A stretch of 63,776 nt of DNA, filler included, from Diploschistes diacapsis (GCA_023645945.1; 7 parts of 7 records of this genome joined end to end with filler, not necessarily neighbours in it); one strand, 5' to 3'; shown: positions 1-14,033, numbered from the whole stretch's first letter. Numbers and translations are program-made. The notes: generated by a model not told the origin, from the sequence alone.

Positions 1-231
1 GGGGATGAGATGGAGAGCTGGAAAGTGAAGGGGAGAGGGAGAGGGAGAAGAGGAGGTAGCACATTGGATCCTCGCCTTCTCGTTCGGTCGGCGCGATGAT
101 GTCGGAGTGGACGGTTTTGGTCGCTGCTTGAGGTTACTGTTTGGTGTTTGCGAACGTGTTTTTAAGAGAGGTGTTGGGTCGGACAGGCAACGGAGCGTTT
201 GGAATTGGCACAGGGAGAGGTGGAGATCCAT
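1..231 (-). CDS. Possible 5' part of a hypothetical protein running off the contig end
   Basis: ATG at 231, frame open for 77 codons to position 1 (MDLHLSLCQF...SPSPLHFPALHLIP); no family recognised with confidence. Confidence 0.25.
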   Translation of the reverse strand, partial: MDLHLSLCQFQTLRCLSDPTPLLKTRSQTPNSNLKQRPKPSTPTSSRRPNEKARIQCATSSSPSPSPLHFPALHLIP

Positions 232-2615
232 GGTAAAATGCTGATATAAGACTTGCTATTTGCGAGTTTTCTGCTTGAGAGAATGGGCTTTGTGGGTTTT
301 TTGTGGGTGCACTGGCTTGGCTGGTCCAATGCTGTAGAAAGGTGTGGATATCGTGAATCAAAGAAGAGGATACTGTCATCTTGTATTACTAGACAGTAAA
401 CGGTTTCGGGGTTGATCCAGAAGTGCTATAGGATCTACTGATCATAGGTTAATGTTCCATTTGCTTTGAGTGATGGGATATTTATAAGAACGGCATGAAG
501 TCATTGTTTGATATCAAACAGCTACAGAGCTGACATGTTGTGCGCAGTCCTATCAGCCCACGGAGTCAATAGGACTCAGCATGAAGTCAATCCTTTGACA
601 AATCTTCATGGGCAGCTTTGTTCTGCATGGCATCGAACATTCTTGTCGGCTCACGTCAACGGAAGTCCCAGTACACCTCTACAACCCCTCCCATTAAGCC
701 AGCTTGTGTATTTCTCCCTAATTCTGTCATATACTGGAGTTTCAAAGAGTTTAATCTATGCACGTACTCACTTCAAGAAGCCAGCCAGCGCACTCGATAT
801 CCCTTTGGTGATATGGGAACAGTAACATCCACGCACACAAGCCCGAACCCCAAAGACGCAGCCTCCAATGCCCTCGTTTGGGACCACGTAGTAGCCAACT
901 TTTTAGAGCAAGTTATGAGTGAACGTTCTCACACCGATTGAAGCTGATCTTCCTAGTTGAAGCAAATCTCGTCACATATACCAGGACGGCAGCACTTGGA
1001 AGGGGTGATCGCATCGAAGTATTTCTCCACGTGACGGTGGGTGACAACGACCCTGTTAAACACTTGTACGCCACAGCGGATCTTTTAATCCTGGATTTGC
1101 GCGCACGCTGGCAACGAAGTATGGGTAGATTTGACTGAATTTATGTCCGTAGCTGTCATGTGCCACGAACTACTGCGATAATCTCGGGCTGATTTCCGAA
1201 CGAGCGAGGGTTTGGTTAAATAGCCAGCATCCATAGCGCCATGTCGATGTCTGACCATCTCGACCAGCTTCTGGAAGAGCTGTTGCGTCTCTGTTGAGTA
1301 TGAAAAAGCCCTGTATCAAAAGAAGTTACGAAGCACGCCGTCACATTTCATCAAGTGTACCCATACAGCGGAATTCACATTTCAAGCTTTTTGGTATGCA
1401 TCATTCTTGGTAAAGCATAAGAGGTTAGTTTCAGCGAATGGAGTGTAAGCAGATACAAGTCTCGAAAGATATTCATGCTTGGAAGAGGATTTTGGAAATC
1501 CGCGATGGGTTAAATTGATAAAGACGGGCAATAGCCTAGAAAAAACATCCAACAGGCTGAACTAAAGCTGTATACAGCATGGTCACTCTATGAATTTAGC
1601 CTGCAATTCATGCGCCTTACTCCGAAGAGATCAAAAAGCAAGGCGTTTGGTAATGAGTAGGCAGAGTATCTTGGCACGAGAAAAATCCTTCAACAACCGG
1701 GCATGAGATCAACCCGGTGCTGTACACACTAATGCCGAAATAATAGAAGGAAAGTAACAAAGACGAAACAGTAGGAAAGGCTGTAGAAATGGTGCCCAAA
1801 TGATCATCATAAAAGCGACATAAGATTCGTCTTGCAAGTGCTTGTAATTGGTATCGTCTTATTCCTCGCCCATCAAGCCCCGATGCCGATTATGCCATTG
1901 AAACGTTCATTTCAAATCGTTCGCCCATCGATCGCTGTTCTAAGCAGATTCTCTCTTTCCTTCCTTCACCTCTTTCTATGTAAGAGTCAGCAACCGTCAT
2001 TGAGTCTTAGTTGTCTTAATCATCGGCTGGTAATGGATGCCGTGACTGCTAATTGAGAGCTAAGCACTCACAAGAGCCTTCATCGTGCCGTGGAGTGCAT
2101 GCTTGTGATTCCGCCTAAACTTAGGATCTGTGCCCTTGAGAGACGGGTAGCGGTGCGTGCGAGGCTTCTTGATGCTGCAGACGAAGATCGATTAGCGATC
2201 AGGTTCGGAAGTATCATGTCAGGCAGATTGCAGGTGTTAGAGATTCTCGAAGAGATGTGCTTCCAGGCACCCAAGCGATCGAAGAACCTACCCGTTCCTG
2301 TGAGCTTTCTTTGACTGATTATGCTGAGACGAGTTCTTTGATTCTGAAGCAAAGAAGTTAGTATAAAGTAACGGTGATAAAGCTCAACTACTCACTAGCC
2401 ATCGCGACAGATGTGTGCTTTAATGATCTGTTCTTGTCTGTCTGCGGTAACAAAATGTCGTTATCGCAAAACTCGCTTAGCATTTGGTGGTAGGGCTTGA
2501 GGTGGTCCGAGCTCCTGGATGTTTCTAGTACTTACTACAGTATACCTAAATCTCAAACTTTGCAATTCTTCAAGCAACATTGAACCTTGTACAGAATACT
2601 AGCGATACATCCATA

Positions 2616-5005
2616 ATGGCTGCTGGCAGAAGCCGGCTCATCACGCTCAATGCTCCAGTCTCAGACGATTCTTTGCTGAGCAATAAAGAGAAGATCATCT
2701 TATTCAAAAGTTCAAAGCAACACGGCTGCGTGTTTCCGCCATGGAAAGCTGAACCATCCAGCAAGGAGTTCGTGGATTCGTTCGTTGATGGCACGGAATT
2801 TCAGCTCTCCGCAGAACAGACAGAGGCTCTCCATGGTTGGAAACGGCCATCAGACGATAATACTGTCGATTCGGATGTCTTGACTCTATTAAACACAGAC
2901 CTGGTGCAAGACATAACGACGGACTGTTCTGTCGTTGCAAGCCTATGTGCTGAAGCTGCCCGTAACAGGAAGCTCGGATGTGATCATGAAGGTGTCTTGC
3001 AGTCTTTTATTTACCCTCAAGGACGAGCCTCTCAGAATGGCAAGTATATCTTCAAGTTACATTTCAACGGATGCTTCCGAAAGGTAACCATTGATGACCG
3101 CTTGCCTCTATCTTTGAAGTCCCGGGCTCTGCATGTGGTTGACCGTAATAATTGCCGAAACACACTGCCCGCCTTGATCGAAAAGGCTTACCTAAAGGTA
3201 AGGGGAGGTTATGACTTTCCTGGTAGCAATCCCGGGACCGATTTGTGGGTTATGACGGCCTGGATTCCCGAACAGCTGTTTCTACAAAGGTTTGTCTCTA
3301 CGCCGGGACGGAATGCGCTGACCTTGATCGTGCTGAGAGCTTTGTGATTAGTGAGGATGTGATTCCGCATGCCTTCTGGAAGCGAATATTCAACGCTTTC
3401 GACTATGGGGATGTAATAATTACGCTCGGAACAGATAGACTGTCATCAGCAGAAGAAGAAGTCTTGGGACTCGCAGGCGGACACGCATACGCAGTCGTTG
3501 ACATGAAGGAACACGAAGGTTATCAACTTTTCTTGATCAAGAATCCCTGGTCTAAAGGGGGTACATGGAGCGGCTATATCGATCCGTCGAACCCATCCGT
3601 CAAATCACAGCCAAAGCAGTCTGAGCCCTTGGCTCCAGGAACGTTCTGGATGGACCTTTATAATGTGATACAGTATTTCCAGACCATCTACCTGAACTGG
3701 AATCCTGGCCTGTTCGGGTTCAGGCGAGACACGCACTTCGCTTGGGATGTGGTTAAGATGAATCCTGGCTCTCTAACACGGAATCCGCAGTATTTACTAT
3801 CCAGCCAGAAAGGAGGCACTGTGTTCCTAGTCCTTACAAAACACTTTCAAGAGCATGACACCGCTGTCCACGTGGGTAGGAGCAGCGGGAAAGATCAAGG
3901 ATACTTGGGTTTGAGTGCGTTCGCAACTGCGCATCGTTTAACAGTAACTCGTAGACCACTCTTTAAGAGCAACTATATCGATGCGCCGAATGTTCTTCTC
4001 CGATTTGACTTTCTTCCAAACGAGACGTACGTGATAGTGGTTTCTGAACAGGAACTGCCTCGTTGCGAAACGAACTTTACCTTATCCGCTTTCTCAACGC
4101 ATTCGTTAACCCAATTCTCTCCAGCTCCCGAGAAATACACTCACACTAGCACGATCGAGGGATCCTGGACCGTCGGATCAGCTCAAGGGAACGTTAGCCA
4201 TGAAGACTACGACAAAAACCCTCAATTCAGCCTCACAATCACAGAGGCATCCCAAATTGGTCTGCTGATCGAATCCAGCAACGGCGAGTTCGCCGTCCAC
4301 GTCAAGCTTGTCTGGGCAGACGGCAACCGTATCACATTACCACTCACAACCAGAGACATCTGCGGCGATAGCGGCGAGTACGTACGAGGCTGCGCGCTCG
4401 CCGAGATCCCATACATATTACCGGGCACGTACACGATCGTCTGCTCGACCTTCGAACCGGGACAACTAGGCAGCTTCGACCTGCGCGTCAGCGCCATGAC
4501 TTCGAGATTCACGGTGAAGCCTATCCCACACGAAGACGCGGGCATGCTGGTACATCATCTACCCAACGCAGTATTCAGAAGGGACATAGACCGTGTCCTC
4601 GCGCCAATCGAAGTATCCCATAATTCTCGACTACGCTTCAACGTCCAGCCAGCCGCGCAGAGGTCTCAGCCCTCGCTATCTCTATCCCCGCTCAAGATAT
4701 CCGTCGAGTATGGCCAAGGCCCTAACAAGAGCACGCTTTTAACATCCGGGGACTTTTCGAACCAGCGACAGATACGCACGTCCGCCATCGACGTTAGTCC
4801 CAAGACGACCACTCAGGCTGGACCGGGTCTCTGGCTGGTCGTTGAGAGGCTGGGGAGCTCGCAGATGGCGGCCGACGAAGAGGTGCAGGTTGCGGTGCTG
4901 AGCGACATACCCGGCGTGAGGGTTGGTTCGTGGGGGAGGGAGTCGGATGTGCCGATTGAGCAGTTGAGGGAGCGATTCGCTGCTAGTTCGCTTCTTTCTC
5001 GGTAG
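2616..5005 (+). CDS. palB: Calpain-like cysteine protease PalB/Rim13 (ambient pH signalling)
   Basis: DLVQDITTDCSVVASLC (catalytic Cys), GHAYAV (His), IKNPW (Asn), LIEKAYLKVRGGYDFPGSN, calpain III-like C-terminal domains; one GT..AG intron 3290-3351 joins the two ORFs in frame. Confidence 0.95.
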
Positions 5006-5786
5006 GAGTAAGCTACTAGCTTCAGAGAAGTGGTCAGGAGCTGGCCACAAGCTGTAGGATATCGAGTCCAGAGGACCAGTGGCTTGGTATCACTTGGAAG
5101 GAGTAGCGCTCATGGAGCAGCTCCGTGTTCGATGGAACTTTGCCTGGCTTAGACACGAGATATGCACTCCAGACTCGCTATGGCAGAGGGTCAAGCATTC
5201 GACAACAAGCACTATATTGCGTAAGCAGCACGTATACCTGCGATAGACAGCAGCCGGGAAATAAAAGGAAAGCGTATATTCCCCCCCCCTTTTTTTTCCC
5301 CTTGTTTCCCTACACGCTTCCCAATACCCCCTGACCCATCTCTGTCTGTAGGACTTTATCGCTCCCCCAGCCCTGCACAACATAGCACCCCAACGAAACC
5401 AGTTCTTCTGCTTACGGAGGATCCAATGGAAGGAATATCGAGCTGAAGTCGTGCTTGTGTTCAGTACGGGCAGTTGAAATATTTCAGCTATCTATTTCAC
5501 TTATGTACCCCCCCCCCAATAACCGCGTCCGTCGTGTGACTAAGTACATCTGTATCTGTTTTTTCCAACCAACGCAAAGTGCTGTGTTCTGGCAGTACCG
5601 CCCTACAACTCGAATCTGCCCAAGCCAAAAACGCACTGATGCATTAAATGGCCCCTAACCCGGTATCGCTCCCGTGCCTCCATATCTCCCATCTCCTCCA
5701 TCCCATTCCATGCCGAGCCATCTCCCCCACCTCTTCTCTCCTCTTCTCTTCTCTCTTCTTCATCTCCAACCCCCACCGTCTCTTAC

Positions 5787-5886
5787 NNNNNNNNNNNNNN
5801 NNNNNNNNNNNNNNNNNNNNNNNNNNNNNNTTAATTAATTAANNNNNNNNNNNNNNNNNNNNNNNNNNNNNNNNNNNNNNNNNNNN
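5787..5886. other. Artificial contig spacer (N44-TTAATTAATTAA-N44)
   Basis: Six-frame-stop linker between N runs; identical at six places. Confidence 0.98.
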
Positions 5887-8800
5887 ATACTCCCACCACC
5901 GCCACCCGCACCCAAACTCCCCTGATCCGCAAGCACGAACCGACTCCTAACCCTCACCTCCCCCGGCCCCACCTTCACACTCTTCTCGCTCCCACTAGCA
6001 CTATCGTCCACGAAAAACAGCGTCTCGCCTAATTCTTCTCCGCCACCCAGCATCGCATGGTTCCTCACGCTGATTTGGAATTGCGTATCCGGCGTGCACG
6101 CATGCCGTAGCGTCTCTCCGTCCCTGCCGTTGTCCCATACGACAGGCGCATCGGGCGACGACGCTTTCAGCGGCTTCGTCTTCAGCAGTTCTTTCGCGTG
6201 GCCCTTGGACCCCACGGGCGAGCTGGGTAGCTGTTTGACGTGCACCTGCACCTTGGTGCCGACGGGGTAGCCCGAGGCGGAGAGAATGGAGATCTCGGCG
6301 GTGCCGGCTTCGCTGCCCTTGCCTGGGGTGCCGCCGCTGAAGGATTTCGCACTCGGGGAGCGGGCATGCTGAGGCGTGCTTGGCGGCTGAGTCTGCGCGC
6401 CTGGTGTAGAGGGCGGGTGGGGAGTACTGTCGTCGTCTATGATTGCGGGACCCGGTTCGCCGGCGGGGCCTTCGATGGAGGGAAGCGGGGTGTCCGGGCC
6501 TGTTGCGGTCCTAGGAGTAGAGAACCCGTTGGTGTATGTGTCATCGATGGGCGTCTTGCCGCCATCACCACCGCCATTGCCGTGGCTGCTCTTGAAGCCA
6601 TGCCGCATAAATGACGCACCCTTGATGATACCTCCGCCTACCGCACCGCCAACCTTTCCAACACCCTTCACTGGCGCGCCAATAACTTTGCCTGCTGGTC
6701 CGATGGAGCCGGAAAAGGTGGAAGAGCCCTGGCGGGTGCGGGTCACGTAGTTGGCTTTGAAGAGCAGGCGGAGACGGATGGCGCCCGCAGTGTTGGGACC
6801 TTTGCTGCCATTGAGGATCAGCGTGACTTCCCGCGATTGCATTGGCTCGAGAATCTCGAGGTTGATGTCCGCCTCTCCCAAGAAATCGGCGCGCTCGCCA
6901 AAGTCCCAATCCATGACTTTGACGTGGAATTTGGCGGCTGTCCTGGAGGGGACGGGTACTTCGAAGAACTCGTTCCAGGCTGGATGCAGGGTCTTCTTTT
7001 GGACTTTAGTCTTGTACACGCTCTCACCATTTAGTTCAAACTTGCAGAATGGGTCGCTGAAGCCATTGCGGTCGGCAGATGGAAGATCGGCAGCGTCAAG
7101 AACATCAACGCGGAGGGAGCCCATGTTATTTATGCTCTCGCTAGGGTCCAGGCGCATCTTGATAGGAAGGTATTTCATGAGCACCTTCACCTTGCTGGTG
7201 TCCGGTCCGGACCCTATAGTGAGTTCGCTTTCTGTGTACTGCAGGGCTGTCAGCTTTAATATGATACGTTGAGTGATTCAGAACCATACAAGACAGCGCT
7301 GCAGAACGGGCAACAGGTCTCCACTAAGCTTCGCAATAATATCCTTGTCGTCTCCATCACCTTTCTTGTCCACCTTCTCAACCAATCGGACCGTGATTCT
7401 AGAGAAGTCCAATTCTCGCACCATTGCGTCACCGGCTGCGGGAAGCGTTAGCCAATGAACATAACTTAGTAGTCTCTCGAGGAGCTTTGCTTACTTTCGC
7501 CAAAGTCACATTTCCTTGACCGTGCTTTGCTAGAAGTGTAAGACGGGAATGCCATATCGTCCATGAGCACTTCCAAGGTGAGATTGGGCCGGGAGAGCTC
7601 CGCACTGATGAGTCTGAAAACAAGCAGCCCGGATTCTAGCAACGTAGTCAGCAAAGCTGGGACACGAAAAGCATATCAAGATACTTCATACCATAATGCG
7701 TGAGCTCGTCGGGGGTGAGTCTTATCCTCGGCACCTCTTCAGGCTCTGCCATTCCGTTCCCCTGCTTCTGCTCCTTCTCTGCCTGGTCAAGCTGAGCAGC
7801 AAGACTCGTGTCGATCTTGCCAGCTTCCTTCTCCTTCTCATTGACCTTGTCTACGGCGTCACGCTCTAGGCTCTGCCTGCCGCCTGTTGTGATACTGCCC
7901 TTGGACAATGTCCTGGTGTGGGCGTGCCCAGTCCTGGTGGCTTCCTCGAGATCCCTCTTCTCAGCTTCCTCTTCTTCGGGATCGATGACTGGAATTGTGG
8001 GATAGAAGGAAGCAGTGAAGGTCAGGACACCCTTCGGAGTTCCCTTTCCCAGCATCCTCAATGGTGCTTTATGCTGCTGCTTCTCGTCCTTGACCAAGTA
8101 CTCGCCATTATCTCCCTGTCGGATGTAGTCGGCTGCTGCAAGTTCGACAAGCCCCAGCGAGCGGTCCTTACCAATGTTCTGGTAGTCCATGACTTCGAGA
8201 GTAAGTCGTTCCCGAGCGGTGTGAACAGGCACGTACACAACTTCGTCCCAGTCCGGGTTCAGGTTGTTTTGGAACGTAACAGTCCTGCCCTTTTCGATGC
8301 CCGAAAGTAGAACACGCACGTATGGATCGGATTTGCCCATGGTCTCAACGTTCCGTAAATCTCTCGCGTTCTGGAAGTGAAGTCTCATTACGCCAACCGG
8401 CTTCATGTAGCCTTCACCAGCACCGAAGACATCTCTGAGCCCAACGGGCCTCCAATTGACCATAAGCTTCACGCGGCCAGTAGATACTCCTGCCAGGTTG
8501 AACCACTCTTTGCCCTGCTCCATCATTGTCATCATGTCGTCCAGCTTGATCTGGTAAGTACCGATGATCGGGTGGGTGCCGATGTCACGTTCATCCTTGA
8601 GAACCACGCCCAGCCTCGCGTTCTTGCGATCGGTGACGAGGAATTCCTTTGCGTTGTCGGTCCAGATCGGCTGGTTCGTCCGCTTCCGCTTGTCCGTTTG
8701 ATGTATCTCCTTGCCGTTTAGGAGCAGCACGGCATAGGGGTTGAGCTGGCCAACCATGCTCTTGCTGCCGTCAAGATCCTTGGCCTGCTCAACTGTAAAC

Positions 8801-10756
8801 CTTGCGATACCGGTGTTGGATTCCGGTGGCGGCTGCATTTGGCCGTTCTCAAGCTTGAGGCCCTCCAGAACGGGAAAGAAGCGAAGATCGGCTTGGATGA
8901 CGCCACGATGCTTGTTACCTGACGCGACAACTTCGAGCTGCAGGTTTTCGTAGTCGGTTGCTTCTTGGCATTGTTCCAAGGCGAAACTGGCAGTTCCAAG
9001 GTCCTTGTCCTTCCTGAACTCATTATAGTCAAATACCTGCAGTTGCAGTGTATCCGTAAGCGACGTGACGATGACGTAGATTGTCTCATTGAAACGAGGG
9101 TTCGAGGTCTCCTTTACGGTTTTGGTCTTTCCGACTGGCGACCTTCCATTCAGAGAAGCGACGATGTATGGATCTGTTGAGCCAGCAAAGTTGTCGGGGT
9201 TCTTGAGACCTTGCGCTCCGTAGATTGTAAGTGCCACAACGCCGATGGCTTGATCGACAGGACTACCGGCGAGCATTTTAGCGATCTCGATTGGGAAGAC
9301 ATTAGGCTGGTACATGATGGGACCAAGGTTGGCATGAATCTGTTCCTTGATGAAAGATTCGAGGCCGGGAATGAAGTTGATATCAAAGCCTAGCACATCG
9401 CCTCCGAGAGGTTTGCACACATAGTCAATGTCCGGCCGACCAAGGAAGCACATGTCCACTTTGTCAATGTGGGGGAACATGATTTGGAGCTTGATCTTGA
9501 CCCTCATGAGGCCAGAGAAAGCCATGTCCTCAACGATAACGTCAAGACCCTTGCTGACCATGCCTTTGCCGATCCTCACCTCCAGCACGACTTTCGGATT
9601 GATCTTGTTCTTTAATTGGCGAGCAGTCATGTCCGTAGTGTCATTCGGCGTGAAGCTGAACTTCCAGTCCATGACTACTTCCTCGTCATTCGCCCTGGGG
9701 TAGGTCTTGACGTGCTCCAGGCGAGGTGGCTTGGTGCCAAGGGTGAAGAACTTCAATCGGAGGCTGTCGAGAAATGCCGGGGTAGACGTGCTGAGAACCT
9801 GATCGACCGAGCTTATGACCGTCTGGCAAATGACTGGAGCATAGATGGGCCAAAATTTGACCAGAAAGCTGTTCATCCACTCGAGCGACTCGACATCCTC
9901 CTCGAGCTTGGCTTTGACCATTTCGCGGTGTAAATCATCACGAAAGTTCCTCCTGGTGCGTCGGATCGAAGTCCTATAGTAGGTGCCGCAACTTGTCATG
10001 ACCAAGAATAACCATCCTAACCCGCCGCCAAGGACAGCAACAATCCAGGAAGCCAAGCAAGCAAACACGATGATGGCGGCATTATGGTACCAATCTGTTC
10101 CGTCAGTAACGGTCCTCTGATAGCATGCCGTGCATTCGCGTACCTCCAAAGAACTTCTCGTCGAGCCTGCTCTCGAGCCAAGTCTGGTGATCAAGAAGAC
10201 TCGCATCCGCTTCCTCCGCAGTAAGATCGCCCTGACCAAATCTGGGAGCCCATCCAGTCTTCTCCTCGTAGCTCTTCTTCTCATCTGTACTAATGTGTCC
10301 ATTTGCTGCTCCGTCCTCCACGTCCGTTGGGGTTTCGACTGCGCCGTTGGCTGTCGGGCTGGGAAGGTCGTACTGGTCTGGCCCTCCACCCTGAAGCATA
10401 TTAGCCCGCTGATATCTTGAAGACTATGAGAAACCATTTACAATATCCGTAACGACGCCAACACCGTGCGCCTTATCTCGATGGAAGCCTGCTGGTGCGA
10501 CCTATAGCAAAACATCAGTACCTGCCTTGCAAGGGGGACCTTCTCGAGGTCGCCAACGTCCTACCGCTTTAGCTGCATCAGCTTTCTCAGCAGGCGAGGC
10601 ATTGGGATCGAACTGAAAGACCGGCACGCCAGCCTTCTTACTCTCGTCCGCAATGGCCTTCTGCGCATCTTCGGAGGTGGTGTTGCTATTTGGGTCGCGC
10701 GCCGCTTCTTCGATGCCTTGAGCTTTGAGCTCCGGCGCATGGTAAGAGTGGACCAT
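5887..10756 (-). CDS. Tricalbin / extended-synaptotagmin (TM + SMP + multiple C2 domains), 3' end cut by contig end
   Basis: WYHNAAIIVFACLASW TM segment, ESLEWMNSFLVKFWPIY SMP start, repeated C2 motifs (TDPY, LNPY, KSDPY, ADRNGFSDPFCKF); several introns link ORFs 10502-10756, 10103-10399, 7648-10437, 7466-7654 and 5835-7190. Confidence 0.95.
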
Positions 10757-11726
10757 CCTTGATAATTATGCTATGGCAGATTGCTTGCCAGGCATTGACT
10801 GCAGTTCTTCAGGTTTGCAGCCAGGCTTCTCCGGGGACAGAAAGCACTCAGCTCATAAGAGCGCCGAGGGGAGCACCGTGTGCTGCTTGAAGTTGTTTCT
10901 GGGTCAGACAAAATGGGGAGTGAAGGAGCGAGGGCAGGTATCTTGGGTAACTGAAGAGCCTCCCAAGGCGATGGACCAATCAGAACAGGATCGAGGAAAC
11001 CAGGGAAATCTCTTTCCGGGGAAAAGAAAACCCAGTGACAAGAAGCTTTGCGTGAGAAGCTTGGCAGACGTAACGAAAAAAGATAGGACTAAGGGAATTA
11101 AGTAGCTTCCACAGCAGAACAGGCTCACAGAAGCTCATCCCGACTGCAGTACGACCTGCCAGATCCAAAAATGAATTAAAAAAAGAATGGAAAGCACCCA
11201 ATTATCTTTCTTCATCGCCAACAGACACTGTCTTGAAGCTCAGAAATATTCTCATAAGTCCTTGGGTTCAGTGAGCTCCCCTGCGGGAGCTACTTTAGTA
11301 GTTGTGCCGCCAGTGACTCAGGGGGAGTGAGCCCTTGTGGCTGACCCCCCAAATGCCCCCCCTGTCTCCGCCACTCGTGCATCTCCAGCCACAAGTTCTT
11401 TCGTCAGCTTGAATTTGTAAAAAGATGTGGAGCAATCTAATCCGACAAGCTCGTGCGAGTCCTGCTTCAGCTTGATCAGACGATAAGAATTAACGCACAT
11501 GATATGTCGGTAACAATAAGCTTTGGTTTTTGGATTGTGTTATGAGGACAGGGTACATCTCGAATCGCTAATTCGGCAAAAGTAAAGCAGACGTGCCACT
11601 TCCATACCGTCCGAACCTGTATCTGATTTCGATATCCACAGCATCCTCCGTTTTTGCTCCTCCTCCCCTCCTCACCTCAGTCACCAGTATAGCAAGCTAC
11701 AGTTTCCCATCACAAGTCGAGCGTAA

Positions 11727-13712
11727 TCATCTCGTCCTGATAACCCCCGCGGCGACTAGCTTCTGGATCTTGCTCCTGATGCCCGCATTCTTCATGTGTT
11801 CCTGCAGCGCCGCCGGATCGCTCTTGGCCTGCTGGAGGATACTCTGCATGACCGGGTCTCCGAGGATCTCCATAATCTGCAAAAACAAGAAAGTGTCAGC
11901 ATTCGTCAAGATTTCTCGATGAGACGGCTCCTGTCCGAGAACTCTCACCTGCGGATCCTTCTGAATCCTCTCCATCGTCTGCTCCTCCGTCTCGCCCTCC
12001 CTGCCTGAGAACTGCGCCTGCAGCGCCTTTTGCTGTTGGCTCTCGATCTCCCTCCTGTTCGCCCCTCCTTCGTCGTGTTCGCTCGCCTCCGTACACACGT
12101 CCAGGCACTTGCTGTAGTCCTTCATCGCGAAATACGCCTGCGCCTTCCTGAGGTACGCCTTTATGAACTTTGGATCCCGCTTGATCGCTTCGTCGCAGTC
12201 CGCCACCGCTCCCGGGAACGTCATCAGCTTGATCAGCGCCGCCGCTCTGTTCGCGTAGCCCCTCGGATCCTGCGGCGCGCGCTTGGTCATCTCCGTGTAC
12301 GCCTCCACGGCGCCGGGCCAATCGGCTTCCTTGAATTTCTGGTTGCCGAGCTCGCGCGCTTTGTCGGCTTCCTCGGGCGAGACGTAGGCGTCCTTGTCGG
12401 CTTTGATCTTGGCCTTTTCGGCGGCGCGGAGCTTGTTGAGAATGTCCGGGGTGCGGTGCTCGGTGAGGGATTTCTGGTAGTTTTCCACCGCAAGAGAGAG
12501 GTCACCGAGCTTTTCATAGCAGGAGCCGATGCGGCTGAAGGCCCTAGGATTGGGATTAGCAACGAACGAGGCGGGAGCAAGGGTAAGCCGAGGACATACT
12601 TGGCGATGAGCTTGAAGTCAGCAAGCATCTCCCTTCCTTCCTGAATGGCAGTCTCGCATGTCTTGACGGCACCTTCGTAATCACCCTTCTCGTATTGTGC
12701 TGCGCTCATGTTGGTCAGGTATGTGATGTCCTTGTGTGTCTCCCATGCCTTGTTGTAGTGGTCTATCGCTGCGTCGAACTGCCGCTTCTTGTAGCTTTCC
12801 GTGCCGAGCGCCTTCTCCTTGTCCGCTTCCTCTTTGGCCTTCCTCTTGGCCATTGACTCTTCGTCTTCCGGCTCGGGTTCGGGCTCGGGCTCGGGTGCCT
12901 TCCTAGGCTGCGATGGTCTGCCAGAAGGAGGAGCATCCGGCATCGGCACATCTTCTTCATATTCTCTGGCTGCACCGCCCGATGCAGCACCTCCTTCCTC
13001 TCCCGGCATAGCGGTAGAAATGTCAATACCCATCAACACGCCCATTACCTGCAGTATCCTTGGATCACCCATCTCAGTACCGATGCTATTCGGGTTCTGC
13101 CTTACGCGCTGGAGCGTGGCCATGAATTGCGGATCGGATAGGTACGACGACGTTTTCGGGTTGCTGGCAATCTTCTGGATCATCTGTGGGTCGCTGAAGA
13201 TGCCAGACAGACCACCCATTGGGTCCCCACCCATACCATCCTCTCTTGCCTCTGCTTCTATAGCGCGCTTAACCGAGGCGAGACCGGATTTTGCTTGAGC
13301 GTTTTCGGGATCCAGCTTGAGAGCTTCTTCAAAGGCATCATTTGCGCCGACTAGACCGTACAAGTCAGCACGAAGGCCATGGACCAGCTCCAAGGGATAT
13401 TACCAAGATCTCCTGTTCCGTGTAAGGCAGCGCCTTTCCGGCCCCAGCCTTTCGCCCAGTCTGGCTTGAGCTCGGTCGTCTTGTTTGCGTCTTCCAGCGC
13501 CTTATCATAGTCTTTCTTGGATGCATAAGCACCCGACCGGTTTGAGTAGAGTACATGATTTGAGGGTTCAATAGCTATGGCCTGCGAGAATTTGTCACTA
13601 CCTTTATGTCAGCTTTGATCCGAGCATGAGAAAGCTGGGGAGCTCACATTGCCTCGTCGAATTTCTTTGCTGCGAAAGCTTTGTTGCCTTCAGCTTTGAG
13701 AGCATCTGCCAT
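11727..13712 (-). CDS. STI1: Hsp70/Hsp90 co-chaperone Sti1/Hop (TPR1-DP1-TPR2A-TPR2B-DP2)
   Basis: Starts [19 protein letters not shown] blocks; DP repeats ([33 protein letters not shown]); ends [14 protein letters not shown]; several canonical introns. Confidence 0.97.
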
Positions 13713-13812
13713 GGCTAGTGTAATCGCTACTCGAGATCAAATGCTTTGCAATAATTTAGTGGAGTGAAGTTCAGTAGAGGCTCCCAATGTGGGCTATAAA
13801 ACCGAGCAATGT

Positions 13813-13845
13813 TTCTAGAATTCAATGGAAGGGGCATGAAGCTTC
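13813..13845. promoter_or_regulatory. Heat-shock element (Hsf1 site) with embedded STRE upstream of STI1
   Basis: TTCtaGAAttcaatgGAAggggcatGAAgcTTC: five nGAAn/nTTCn units in 5/10-bp register, about 100 bp upstream of the STI1 ATG; AGGGG at 13830-13834. Confidence 0.75.
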
Positions 13846-14033
13846 AAAAGCCGGATTAACTCCCGGACCAAGGTTTTAACTCTTTTTGATCGTACCTGCC
13901 AGGGGTCAGGGGCTCGTTAATCGAGACGCTAAAAATATTTTCAATTGCAGTAAAGTCTAGGGTCCGTTTCAATTCATTCAAGGCTGCAATACTCTACTCT
14001 TTTCTATTAATATATGGCCAGCAATCAGGGCCT

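Noticed and set aside
500..2350. Short ORFs on both strands, possibly a decayed minus-strand gene
   Set aside because: No recognisable motifs; too degenerate to call
5831..5842. TTAATTAATTAA repeated at regular ~5.8-kb spacing, suggestive of a biological repeat or array
   Set aside because: Always centred in N runs of fixed length; an assembly linker
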